NCBI GenBank assembly: GCA_031263785.1 | Contig: JAISFC010000023.1 | Location: forward strand, 20,679-84,678 | Reading direction: 5' to 3' | DNA length: 64,000 bases | From: Clostridiales bacterium | GTDB lineage: Bacteria; Bacillota; Clostridia; Monoglobales; WRBX01 | Shown here: piece after piece, positions 42,879-52,024 of the stretch | Numbering within the stretch: position 1 is the stretch's first letter | Layout: every line of letters starts with the position of its first letter | The notes under the pieces: generated by a model | The model's input: only the letters and a program-made list of their open reading frames with translations | The model's database searches: none | What the model was told of the DNA's origin: nothing | Program-made: the position numbers and the translations under genes

Positions 42879-43267
42879 ATTATCACATCCTACCATTAAT
42901 TTTAACCTTATACAGCTAAAAAACTTACCTCTTTTAGGTTGACTTGTCGGATATTCGATGTTTTGAGTAACTTAAAAGCGAACGCGGCTCATTTATTCCA
43001 CTCTTTTTCTTGCCGTATCACCTTCTCTCCTAAAAATATAAAACGCAAATTAACCCCATAAATAAGGGGTTTTTGCATATTTCCGTTATTCAAAATTTTT
43101 TTGATGTAATGGTTTTTTCGGCAAATAAAAAAAATGCAACACATTGAAGCATTAATTCATAAAAAAACTTATGTTCAGATTACGCAAAAATTTCCCAATA
43201 TTTTTCACCTTGCGCCGCACTCGCCGTCCATATCCACTCTGCAATCCGCCGGACGACTATTTTTCGA

Positions 43268-43303
43268 GCAAAAAAAGGAGCGAAAGTGATGTACTCCCGC
43301 TCC
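43268..43303 (-). terminator. Rho-independent terminator of the 506-aa orphan gene
   Basis: On the minus strand, GGAGCG, a 15-nt loop, CGCUCC, then UUUUUUUG, located 19 nt after the stop codon. Confidence 0.65.
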
Positions 43304-43321
43304 ATGAATTCGTTTGATTTA

Positions 43322-44842
43322 TCAGCCGCGCCCGTTCTGTTGCCCGCCAATCGGACGTTCCCCTACATCGCGATTCGGATTAGGCGCACCCTTTCTTTTC
43401 TCAAACTCTTCTATCGCAGTTTGCAATGCGGCAATCGTGCTTAATGCTTGCCCTTTTTCATTCGCAAGCGCTAAAGTTTTAACTGTATCGCTACACAATA
43501 TACTACTAGTGACGCGGTTTTTCCCAAAGCTTGAGTTTCCAAACATACATTCTCTAACGGTTTTTTCGCCTGTAAGCGTAATCCCGCGGAACGACACAGA
43601 GTTCTCGTAGCCACTATCCACATACTCCAAATTACCAAATAATTGCCTGTATTTTTCACCGAGAAAATCTAAAGGGTCCCGGTCTCTTGCATCCCGATCT
43701 TTTGCCCACTCTTTTGCGATGGCGTCAATAGCTGTTTTTTGCTCGTTCGCCGTAAGAACGCCAAACCCTTTTATCTCTTCAAAGCAAATCTGAACCGCGC
43801 GTTCTCTATCCGCCAACGAAATGGCAACTTCTTTTTGTGGAATTCCCGCTTTTTTAGCTGCTTCCAATAAATGCTTGCCATAATCTTTTAGTCTCCAAGA
43901 ATCAACACCAATCTGATATGCTTCTCCTCTTCCCGAACCTCTTATATCCGCGCCATCTTCCATAAGCGCATCTGCGAGCATTTCAGTTAATGTTTCTTTT
44001 TCTTCGGGCGTTTCAAACTTAACGCCTTGTATGTCGGAATTATAACCCATCTCATAATAATCCAAGAAATGCTTAGCTCTATCGTACACTATTTCATAAT
44101 GCTGCCCGCCTTTGCGCGAAACACCGAACCTTTGCATATTTGAAGCAAGCGCATCGCGCGCCAAATCTGTGCCATGACCATCAATCCCATGACCGTCATA
44201 CTTAACTTTTTTCAACGCAGTCGTTATTGCCATTTCTTTATAAATCGGGTGTATATCGCCTAATTTGGCGCACACTTTGTCCACATCTTCTCTTATGCTA
44301 TTTTCAATACGGTTCACAAACTCCGTTGCCCGCGCTCGCAAGTCCTCCATGAAATCTCGTTCCAAATCGATGCGATCATTCCACTCCGGCTGAAAAGAAA
44401 GCGCATTCTTATTTTCGTATTCACATAGCTCCTTTAAGCCAATGTCCGCATAGTTTTCAGCAACCGCAGGGCATCTCGTGTGTATGCGTTCTTTGATATA
44501 GTCCCTAACCTCTTTATTGAGGTCATCAATGCCTTTTTGGATTTTGTCGGCAATCTCATTTTCATTCCAACCTATTGAATAAGTAATGGTATTCGTCCTT
44601 TTATCGCGTTGAAATTTAGCCTCTGCCAATTCACTAAACCAAACTAGATCCCGCTTTCCGTTGGCGTCGTTCTCCACATAGTAGCGCTTTTTTTTAAGCA
44701 CCTCACCCACCGCAGGCGGAACTTTTCCAGCATGTTTTTTTAGAAAACGGTCAATAATCTCCGTTACAAGCTTCTCGCCATCTTCAATGGCGGCGCTTAA
44801 AATTTTGTCGTCATTCGGTACGTCTCCTGTCATTTTTATCAT
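43322..44842 (-). CDS. Hypothetical cytoplasmic protein (506 aa), no recognisable domain
   Basis: Long ORF. ATG 44842 (MIKMTGDVPNDDK) follows GAAGGGAG. No signal peptide or TM helix. Flanked by A/T-rich non-coding DNA. Confidence 0.6.
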   Translation of the reverse strand: MIKMTGDVPNDDKILSAAIEDGEKLVTEIIDRFLKKHAGKVPPAVGEVLKKKRYYVENDANGKRDLVWFSELAEAKFQRDKRTNTITYSIGWNENEIADKIQKGIDDLNKEVRDYIKERIHTRCPAVAENYADIGLKELCEYENKNALSFQPEWNDRIDLERDFMEDLRARATEFVNRIENSIREDVDKVCAKLGDIHPIYKEMAITTALKKVKYDGHGIDGHGTDLARDALASNMQRFGVSRKGGQHYEIVYDRAKHFLDYYEMGYNSDIQGVKFETPEEKETLTEMLADALMEDGADIRGSGRGEAYQIGVDSWRLKDYGKHLLEAAKKAGIPQKEVAISLADRERAVQICFEEIKGFGVLTANEQKTAIDAIAKEWAKDRDARDRDPLDFLGEKYRQLFGNLEYVDSGYENSVSFRGITLTGEKTVRECMFGNSSFGKNRVTSSILCSDTVKTLALANEKGQALSTIAALQTAIEEFEKRKGAPNPNRDVGERPIGGQQNGRG

Positions 44843-44918
44843 GATAATCGCGCTCCCTTCGCAAAATGTAATTCCACTCCCGCGTATATAAAAACAATAT
44901 ATCATCAGCGGAAGACAC

Positions 44919-44942
44919 TATCAAAAAGTGTAGGTTTTGATA
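44919..44942. repeat. Left lox-like site: TATCAAAA-AGTGTAGG-TTTTGATA
   Basis: 8-bp palindromic arms around an 8-bp asymmetric core. The partner site at 45128-45151 has the core inverted. Confidence 0.85.
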
Positions 44943-45127
44943 AAAGCGCATTAAAGAAAAGCGATTGCGGATTTATCCCTTAAAATCGCAATCGGGACAA
45001 AAAAATAAGAAAAAATACATTTTCTTTACAGAAATTTAACATAACTTTAACATTTTGGCATTGACAACGGATTTTAAAGGGCGTATAATTAAATATAGAA
45101 AGGTAAATTTTGTAATTTTTTGTAAAC
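44943..45127. other. Candidate invertible promoter segment (inverton), currently oriented away from the 506-aa gene
   Basis: 185 bp bounded by the two inverted sites. It contains TTGACA-17-TATAAT on the plus strand. Confidence 0.6.
45061..45089 (+). promoter_or_regulatory. Perfect consensus sigma-A promoter inside the IR-flanked segment
   Basis: TTGACA at 45061-45066, an exact 17-nt spacer, and TATAAT at 45084-45089. It is preceded by tttaacataac|tttaacatttt (45035-45056). Confidence 0.7.
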
Positions 45128-45151
45128 TATCAAAACCTACACTTTTTGACA
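45128..45151. repeat. Right lox-like site: TATCAAAA-CCTACACT-TTTTGACA
   Basis: The core is the exact reverse complement of the left core. One arm mismatch (C for T). Confidence 0.85.
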
Positions 45152-45394
45152 GTTGTTTTTTTGTCTTGCTTACTCGCAATTCCGCCAAACGCATGTAAAA
45201 AGTGGCAATTTTTAAGTTTATTCGCTGTAATAATTATTCGAGTGTCGGATTTTTGGATACAGAAAAGGCGCTTATAGGAATTCCCCACAAGCGCTTTAAT
45301 TTTAATTCAATTTTGTTTGTCTATGTCAATTTTTTTCGCTCGTCTTGCTGCAACGCTATATTTCGCGCTGCTTAAATAATAATTCGGATGCGAA

Positions 45395-46054
45395 TCACAC
45401 GGATTTATCCCGCTCCGCGCTTGTTTCTTTTTTGAATTCCCGATAGGAATAAACCGCTGTCACGATAAGCCCAGCTGTCATAACCGACAAGGGCAATATA
45501 AAGTTCAACGGCGCGGGAATCAATGCGCCGAGAATGAATACAACGCCGCTTATGACAAACACATATCCGCCGAATTTGTGCGTTTTTACCCAGACATTTT
45601 CGCTGGCAAGCGTCCACGGGAGCCTGAGTCCCACGGAATAATTTTGCTTTACCTTTGGCATATAACTGCCCATTAAAACAAACATTAGCCCTATAATCAG
45701 CGGTATAATCACATTAACGGGCATCGATATCCCAAAAGAAGCGGCTAACACTATTGCCATAACTATCGTCATCAAAACAGCGACGGACACCTGCGTTATA
45801 GGCAGCAACGCCGATTTTTCCACGTTTTTTCCTTTGGGGTCAATTTTGGGCAACGCCTGTATGAGGAGCGTAAATAAAAGCGTGAAAGCGGGGAAGATAA
45901 ATAGCGTCCATGTTGCCGAAAACCCGTTAATATTGCCTGCCGCGTCCCAATGCGAGGGTATTAAATCAGGAAGATAGCGATACAAAATCGCCGCCGCAAC
46001 CAATTGAGCAAGCGCGATTGCGATGCAAAAAATAAAAATTTTTCGATTTTTCAT
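45395..46054 (-). CDS. SdpI/YhfL-family membrane protein (DUF1648 plus SdpI-like)
   Basis: LPDLIPSHWDAAGNINGF (DUF1648-type) and multiple TM helices. ATG 46054 follows AAGGAGG. Confidence 0.65.
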   Translation of the reverse strand: MKNRKIFIFCIAIALAQLVAAAILYRYLPDLIPSHWDAAGNINGFSATWTLFIFPAFTLLFTLLIQALPKIDPKGKNVEKSALLPITQVSVAVLMTIVMAIVLAASFGISMPVNVIIPLIIGLMFVLMGSYMPKVKQNYSVGLRLPWTLASENVWVKTHKFGGYVFVISGVVFILGALIPAPLNFILPLSVMTAGLIVTAVYSYREFKKETSAERDKSV

Positions 46055-46107
46055 GATTTTTAGCCTCCTTTTCAAATGAAATCACACGTATGCTAAATAT
46101 AGCTTTA

Positions 46108-46773
46108 TTATCTTTTTCCTCTGCATTCAAAGCCTAATAACGCGCCCTTTTCCCACGTGTCAATTTTGGTAAAATATTGCTCTAATGTCGCTGTCAGTTC
46201 CGCTTTTGTCTTATATGGAGGCGTGGTAAACTTCATTCTCGTGTAGATTTGTTTTATGAAAAAGTCGCTCATTTTGCGCGCTCCCTTAATGTACGAGCAC
46301 CCGACTAAATCGCCCCCGGTTTTAAGCGTCCGCATAATTTCACGGATGGACTGCTCTTTTTCAGGGAAACACGGCAGCCCGTTCATGCACAAAACCATGT
46401 CAAAATCACCGTCCGCAAACGGCATATTCGCAACATCGCCCTGCTGCAATTTGACAGCCGCACCGGCTTCATCGTACGCCTCTTTCGCCTTATCAAGCAT
46501 GCCTTGCGAGTAATCAAGCCCGGTTATATCGGCATTTTTCATCCTCGCGTATTTATTCTTTGTGAATAGCCCCGTGCCGACGGGAACATCAAGTAGCCTG
46601 CCGCTGAAATTATCGTCCAAATTGTCAACAACGCGCTCCTCAATATAGCTCGCGTCCTTCATCCCCCAAACCATGGAGGTGACAAGGGTCGACCATAGCG
46701 ACTTGCCCGACAGTGTTTTGTTATACAAACTAGCCTTTTTAGTATACGCCTTGCCCACCTTGTCGATTCTCAT
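46108..46773 (-). CDS. Class I SAM-dependent methyltransferase
   Basis: [12 protein letters not shown] (motif I), [11 protein letters not shown], and [14 protein letters not shown]. Its start overlaps the ybjQ-like stop (ATGA). Confidence 0.8.
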   Translation of the reverse strand: MRIDKVGKAYTKKASLYNKTLSGKSLWSTLVTSMVWGMKDASYIEERVVDNLDDNFSGRLLDVPVGTGLFTKNKYARMKNADITGLDYSQGMLDKAKEAYDEAGAAVKLQQGDVANMPFADGDFDMVLCMNGLPCFPEKEQSIREIMRTLKTGGDLVGCSYIKGARKMSDFFIKQIYTRMKFTTPPYKTKAELTATLEQYFTKIDTWEKGALLGFECRGKR

Positions 46774-47090
46774 GATTCAACGACAACCGCCGTTCCGCTC
46801 GCCGTCACCATAAGCATGTTGCCTTGCCCCAATACCTCATAGTCGATATCCACCCCGACGACGGCATTCGCGCCTATTTGACCCGCTCGCTGCTCCAGCT
46901 CCTTCAGGGCGTTTTCTCTCGCGTCAATCAGCTCGCCTTCGTAAGAACCACTTCGACCGCCGAAAAAGTTTGTCAACCCCGCGGCAAAATCCTTAACAAA
47001 ATTCACGCCGTTGACAACCTCGCCAAAGACAATCCCCTTATATTCCTTAATTACTTTCCCCTCAATTTGAGGTGTTGTCGTTATAATCAT
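46770..47090 (-). CDS. YbjQ/UPF0145 family protein
   Basis: [26 protein letters not shown]...[10 protein letters not shown]...[30 protein letters not shown]. Confidence 0.85.
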   Translation of the reverse strand: MIITTTPQIEGKVIKEYKGIVFGEVVNGVNFVKDFAAGLTNFFGGRSGSYEGELIDARENALKELEQRAGQIGANAVVGVDIDYEVLGQGNMLMVTASGTAVVVES

Positions 47091-47138
47091 TGATTTCGTC
47101 TCCTTTATCCAAATTTTTTCCGCCTGTCCGTTTTTTGG

Positions 47139-50100
47139 CTACCTGCTCATTATTAAATCCGCGTTGCTCAGCACCGATTTTGTAAAGTTCAATTCCTGCG
47201 CCGCTAAAATCATGCTCCCCGCGGTTTTCGTGACCAGTAGCTCTGGCGCCAAATCGTTAGTGGTTTTTTTCAATCGGAATCTTGTGCGGTCCAGCGCGTC
47301 GCCGTCCCTCAAAATGTGCGCCATCTCCATGAGCCTTTCCTTCCGCTCCGGAGAAATGCCCTCAAGCTGCGCATTTAACAGCTCTTCAATCTTGCTCGCG
47401 GGGTCCAAAGAATGCGCCTCAATTATAAACATAATTTCCCTAACCTCGCCATCGGAAAAACCCGAACTGACCATTTCCCGATATTTTTTTGCGCCCACCG
47501 CCCCGTGGTCCTCATTCGCGTCGTTGTGAACCCTGCCGATATCATGATATTTCGCCGCCTCCACGATAATCCTCACATCATCGTCCGAAAGCCCCTCATT
47601 TTTGGCAATGTAATACGAAAAAACCGTCACATTATCCGCGTGCGTCTTGCCGTGTATCCCCTTTAAATAAAATTTATCGTCGATATTCTCGCTCAATTCT
47701 TCGTTGAACCACTCAAATCCCGTCTTGCCCTCAAACTCCTTTATGCCACAAATCACGTCGCCCATGTTTTTCTGCTTGCAAATATCACCGTAATTCTGCA
47801 TTTTTATCGAGAGACTATTGTATGGGTCCGTGAATTCCCGTCCGTAGTCCCTTTGGAAAATCTTGCTGTACATGCTAACGGCTTCCTCCGCCTTCCGCGC
47901 CGCAAGGAACTCGCGAATCCCCCTTAAACTCGTCAACTCCGCGCTTTCAGACGTCGTGGGCGAATCTTCCGCGAGACGAGCCGTCAATCCAACGCGCTCA
48001 ATGCTCTGCTTAGCCATCGTTTTCTTATCCAGCCGACTTTGCGATATGTAATCAATTGTATTCTCAAAAGTACGCATACTTTCTTCGGAACCTCGGGCTT
48101 TAACGGCTTTATAAAGCTGTTCCGCCCTTCGCGGTATGTCCGAGCGTTTCAGGAAAGCGTCGCCGTCAGGACGATTATTGTGCATCCAAGCGTACCCGCT
48201 ACAATATGAGGTAAGCAGCAGCAAATAATCCTCCGTAAGCGCCGGCGTTATTTCCCCCTCGGCGATAATTTTTTCAAGCTCCGTGATTTTTTGCCTGTGC
48301 TTCATCTTATACTTCCTCGCGTCTATCTTGACAATCGGCAACGCAGGGTCAAACGCCTTTGCCGCCTTCCTTTGCGCGTTCGTAATCGTGCCGTTGAAAC
48401 ATAACACACAATTCGGCATAATCCGCTCCCCGCTCTCCGCCTCGCGGTACAACACATACTCGTTATGATAGTGCAACGTTCTTTTCGCCGTTTCGTCGGA
48501 AGTCATGCACTCATAAGTCGTCGCCGTTACATTTCTGTTGTTCAGCCCGTAAGCCCCCGACGCGCTGGAACGCAAGTCGGTCGGACCGGACATAACATAC
48601 ATATCAGGCGTAAAATTAACAAATCCCAGCCTGATACTGCCTTCCGTTTCGCCGTACTCCGAAACATGCCCCAAAAAATTATTATTCACCAAACAGGCGC
48701 AAAGATATGCACTGCCCCGCTCGCGAGTTGTGAAGTCCGAGATTTTCGCGCCGCTCCCGCACCCGTTAAGCGTGTGCACAATCATGGAAAAGTCCTGACC
48801 GTTCAGCTCAATAACCTTCAGCCCGGACTTTGAATCAATTGTATTATGAAGCGTATGTATGTCTATCATGGACTTTTTAAGCTCAGCCCCGTACAATTTT
48901 TTTAATTCCTTCTTAAAATCGCAGAATTGACCGTTAATTTCGTCCAGCCAGTTGTCCGTCAACGCCGCGTTGCTGAGCAGCTGCTTATTTAATTTTATAG
49001 CTAATTCCTTGAGCAATTCCTTGTCCCGGCATTCTTCGATTTTTGATAAAATGTCCGTAAACAACGTGAAATATTTTATTTTATCGGCATACTCCGCGCC
49101 CAATTTTCCGCCCAAATCCTTCAACTTTTTTATGCTCGCAATTCTAAGCAAAATTTCCGATATCTTTTCCGGCGGAGTGCAGCAGAGAATAGAATAAATG
49201 CTCCGTTTAATCTCAAAAATATCATCCGAATTTATAAGCTTGCTATTTTTTATGTGCGCCAAATACGGCAACATACGCAAATCATGTACGCTATTGACTT
49301 CATATGTTTTCTCCGAATTAAACAGCTTTTTAAGCATAAAAAAATCGTACTTGAAAACATCGGACTCCATAAGCTCGCCTATAAGCTGCTGATAGTCCGC
49401 GCAACCGTTGATTACCTTCTGGAATAGAGACAAATTAAACGAATCCTTGGGCATCCCGTTGATTTCCTTCAGCTTTTCAAATATACGGAGCGCGGCTTCA
49501 AGCTTGCCGGTTTCATAAAGCTCGTTCAGTTTCAGGGTCTTTTTCGGGACCTCCAAATATTTTATTATGCTGTAAACGTTTTTCTCGCCAATTAATAAGG
49601 TAACCGCCGGGTTGAGCAGCGCGCCGTTTTGCATGCTGAAAACGATATTGCCCAGTTTTTTATACACGTCCTTGACAAACGTCGTTTTGGGGATATTGAG
49701 CAAATTATACAGCTTCCCCGCGTACTTCCCCGTGTGTATTCCGCCTGATTCAGCTAAAAGATGCGGCAGAATACTCACATCCGCCCCGCTGAATTTCGGA
49801 CGTTCAACGGGATTGACAATGCCCAAAAATAAATCCATCCGCAGCTGAAAACTTGCCCCCTTAATAAGATTGGGATTCTCGTTTATCAGCGCGGTCAAGC
49901 CTTTTTTATCCTGCAAAAATTTCCGCGTACAATAATATAGAAGATAATCATTCGATTTCGCCGCGATATTCATCAAGCTGAAATTATCCTTCAAATGCTC
50001 GGGTATATTCTTATATTCCGCCCCGTCCTTCGTTAAAACCTTCTTCAAAATCGAAATTTCATTCTTAAATCTGTCCCCGATTGCGTTCACAAACGAATTA

Positions 50101-51242
50101 TTGCCGCGCCCGGACTCCAAAGAAGGGCTCAAATGCTCCAGCGCAAGCCTCACCAGCCACCTATTATTCCTGTATTTTTCGTCCAATATCGCTATGTTGC
50201 GCCCGTCCTCCGTGAGCATCTTTTCTATATGCGCGGGAGCAATCATATCATTGGGCAAATATTTTACTAAATCGGGGAATTCGTACCTCAAGACGTTCAT
50301 AAACGCACGCACGTCATAAAAATTTTTGATGGGCGAAATAATCGCATCGCCATAATCCGAATCATCCGTCCGCCACTGTTCGTTCATTTGCCGCTTGCTC
50401 TCGTCAAGGGCTTGCACAAAAAAAGGGTTCGCCTCCGCAAGCGTCAGGAATTTCCTCGCAATATCTTCCGTCATGTGTTCGACGGGGAAACGGCTGATTG
50501 TGAACGGATACACCTCAAGCGCGACCTTCGCAAATTCGGGGCTCTTAAAAAACGGCAACAGCATGGGCGGTATTGGTTGCCCGTACGCTTCCTCATAAAT
50601 CACATGTTCATGTTTGTTTTCCGCCAAAAAGTCCTCCAGCAGCTTACGCGCGTCCGCCTCCGTCATGTTTTCGGGCTGCAACACAAACTCGTCGTACACC
50701 GCCGAACGCTTTGTGTCGGTCCGCAAAAACGCCCTGATAACCCTCTCGTTTTCCGCGTGAATCGTCGGCAAATGAGCCATGTCAATCCCGCGCGAAACGA
50801 GCGTTATCGCCTGTTCCTCGGTTATATATCTCAACGCGTTGCGCAGCGTCCTGCTGTTTTTTAAATCATCATTGGTCACATTCGGGATAAAAGCCTGCAC
50901 AATTTCATCTTCCACGACAATTCGGGGGTCCACACACCATAGACAATCCACGTATCCATGCGCAAATATAAACGCCAGCTCTTTGTCGGTTATAAACACA
51001 TCTTCCGCCTTGGAATTCAGCCACTCCGCCACCGCCGCGATTACTTCGGGGTTCTGCTTCGACCGCGGCGGCAAATGATTTACCAAATCGTACGGAGACA
51101 TCACAGCCCGCTGTTGAGAAAAAATGTTAATAATAGCTTTATCTCTCAAAAAAGCATAGTCGGTATTTTTCTCAATCTCAATTGCCCCGCCGTCCTCCAT
51201 GCCGACCGAAACGTCAGCCGTATCAAATGCACTCGGAGCCAT
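47139..51242 (-). CDS. 1367-aa hypothetical protein with a C-terminal HD-domain phosphohydrolase module
   Basis: The last ~200 aa contain HGKTHADNV...AAKYHDIGR...DHG...EAHS...LRDGDALDR (an H..HD..H..D pattern). The remaining ~1150 aa have no motif I recognise. No signal peptide or TM helix. No convincing SD at ATG 51242. Confidence 0.65.
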   Translation of the reverse strand: MAPSAFDTADVSVGMEDGGAIEIEKNTDYAFLRDKAIINIFSQQRAVMSPYDLVNHLPPRSKQNPEVIAAVAEWLNSKAEDVFITDKELAFIFAHGYVDCLWCVDPRIVVEDEIVQAFIPNVTNDDLKNSRTLRNALRYITEEQAITLVSRGIDMAHLPTIHAENERVIRAFLRTDTKRSAVYDEFVLQPENMTEADARKLLEDFLAENKHEHVIYEEAYGQPIPPMLLPFFKSPEFAKVALEVYPFTISRFPVEHMTEDIARKFLTLAEANPFFVQALDESKRQMNEQWRTDDSDYGDAIISPIKNFYDVRAFMNVLRYEFPDLVKYLPNDMIAPAHIEKMLTEDGRNIAILDEKYRNNRWLVRLALEHLSPSLESGRGNNSFVNAIGDRFKNEISILKKVLTKDGAEYKNIPEHLKDNFSLMNIAAKSNDYLLYYCTRKFLQDKKGLTALINENPNLIKGASFQLRMDLFLGIVNPVERPKFSGADVSILPHLLAESGGIHTGKYAGKLYNLLNIPKTTFVKDVYKKLGNIVFSMQNGALLNPAVTLLIGEKNVYSIIKYLEVPKKTLKLNELYETGKLEAALRIFEKLKEINGMPKDSFNLSLFQKVINGCADYQQLIGELMESDVFKYDFFMLKKLFNSEKTYEVNSVHDLRMLPYLAHIKNSKLINSDDIFEIKRSIYSILCCTPPEKISEILLRIASIKKLKDLGGKLGAEYADKIKYFTLFTDILSKIEECRDKELLKELAIKLNKQLLSNAALTDNWLDEINGQFCDFKKELKKLYGAELKKSMIDIHTLHNTIDSKSGLKVIELNGQDFSMIVHTLNGCGSGAKISDFTTRERGSAYLCACLVNNNFLGHVSEYGETEGSIRLGFVNFTPDMYVMSGPTDLRSSASGAYGLNNRNVTATTYECMTSDETAKRTLHYHNEYVLYREAESGERIMPNCVLCFNGTITNAQRKAAKAFDPALPIVKIDARKYKMKHRQKITELEKIIAEGEITPALTEDYLLLLTSYCSGYAWMHNNRPDGDAFLKRSDIPRRAEQLYKAVKARGSEESMRTFENTIDYISQSRLDKKTMAKQSIERVGLTARLAEDSPTTSESAELTSLRGIREFLAARKAEEAVSMYSKIFQRDYGREFTDPYNSLSIKMQNYGDICKQKNMGDVICGIKEFEGKTGFEWFNEELSENIDDKFYLKGIHGKTHADNVTVFSYYIAKNEGLSDDDVRIIVEAAKYHDIGRVHNDANEDHGAVGAKKYREMVSSGFSDGEVREIMFIIEAHSLDPASKIEELLNAQLEGISPERKERLMEMAHILRDGDALDRTRFRLKKTTNDLAPELLVTKTAGSMILAAQELNFTKSVLSNADLIMSR

Positions 51243-51277
51243 CTGCTCAATGGAACTATGTATCTATCTCACCCCAA

Positions 51278-51436
51278 TTATTCGCTGCAATTTGCCTCGA
51301 CATCTTTAAATATAGACGAATCGACAAAATCCAGCATTTCTTTTAAAGGTTTTATTAATTCTTCATTCGTTTTTTCGCCCGCGCCGCTGCCCCGTTTACG
51401 GTCAGAAACACCGCTGTTTTCCATTGTTTTATGCAT
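51278..51436 (-). CDS. Possible 52-aa ORF upstream of the HD-domain giant
   Basis: AGGTGG SD, then MHKTMENSGVSDRKRGSGAGEKTNEELIKPLKEMLDFVDSSIFKDVEANCSE. Below the track cutoff and without a known motif. Confidence 0.3.
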   Translation of the reverse strand: MHKTMENSGVSDRKRGSGAGEKTNEELIKPLKEMLDFVDSSIFKDVEANCSE

Positions 51437-51529
51437 CCGCACACCACCTGTATGAAAATCCTTTGTATATTATTATATACCTTTTTTCACGGACAGTCAA
51501 GCTTTTTTTAATAATCTTCGTTTCAAGAT

Positions 51530-52024
51530 TTATTCATTTTCCTCCGTTGAATATTTCAACAAAATGCTCTTCAAAAACCAACAAACAACAACTTGCCAAG
51601 CGATTGTTATCACAATATCCATAGGCAGACTAAATACAAATTGTTTGGCAATAAGCTCCATAGCAATAGAAAACAGCGAAAAAAATGACGCAACTATAAT
51701 ATACACCAGCGCGACCCCTTTTGCTAATTCTTGTGTTATTGTCCGCCTTTTGCTGTAAATAAAGGTGGACAACCAAACCGCGAGTAATTGCGTGCAGAAG
51801 CTAATACTCCACTGAATAGCCACATATTGAGATTTATCGGGGTTTTGCGCTATTAAAGCGCTAAGCGGCAACGTCTTAAGAAAATACACGCAAATCATTA
51901 CCTCAAGAGCCAATTCAACGACAAATACGGCAATGCTGCATAGAACGGCAACACCCACAAAACTCCAAAAACTCCCTTGCTTTTTCTCTTCATCCAAACA
52001 AAACCCCTCCTCGTTATCTATCAA
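51530..52024 (-). CDS. Hypothetical 4-TM membrane protein
   Basis: 164-aa ORF with four hydrophobic segments. Overlaps the upstream SPase-like gene by 11 nt. Confidence 0.5.
   Translation of the reverse strand: MIDNEEGFCLDEEKKQGSFWSFVGVAVLCSIAVFVVELALEVMICVYFLKTLPLSALIAQNPDKSQYVAIQWSISFCTQLLAVWLSTFIYSKRRTITQELAKGVALVYIIVASFFSLFSIAMELIAKQFVFSLPMDIVITIAWQVVVCWFLKSILLKYSTEENE

Noticed and set aside
43053-43075. AACCCC-8 nt-GGGGTT hairpin with a T-run as a terminator
   Set aside because: No gene ends near it on the plus strand, and the 506-aa gene already has a stronger terminator at 43268-43303. Its function is unclear and it is not worth a feature call.
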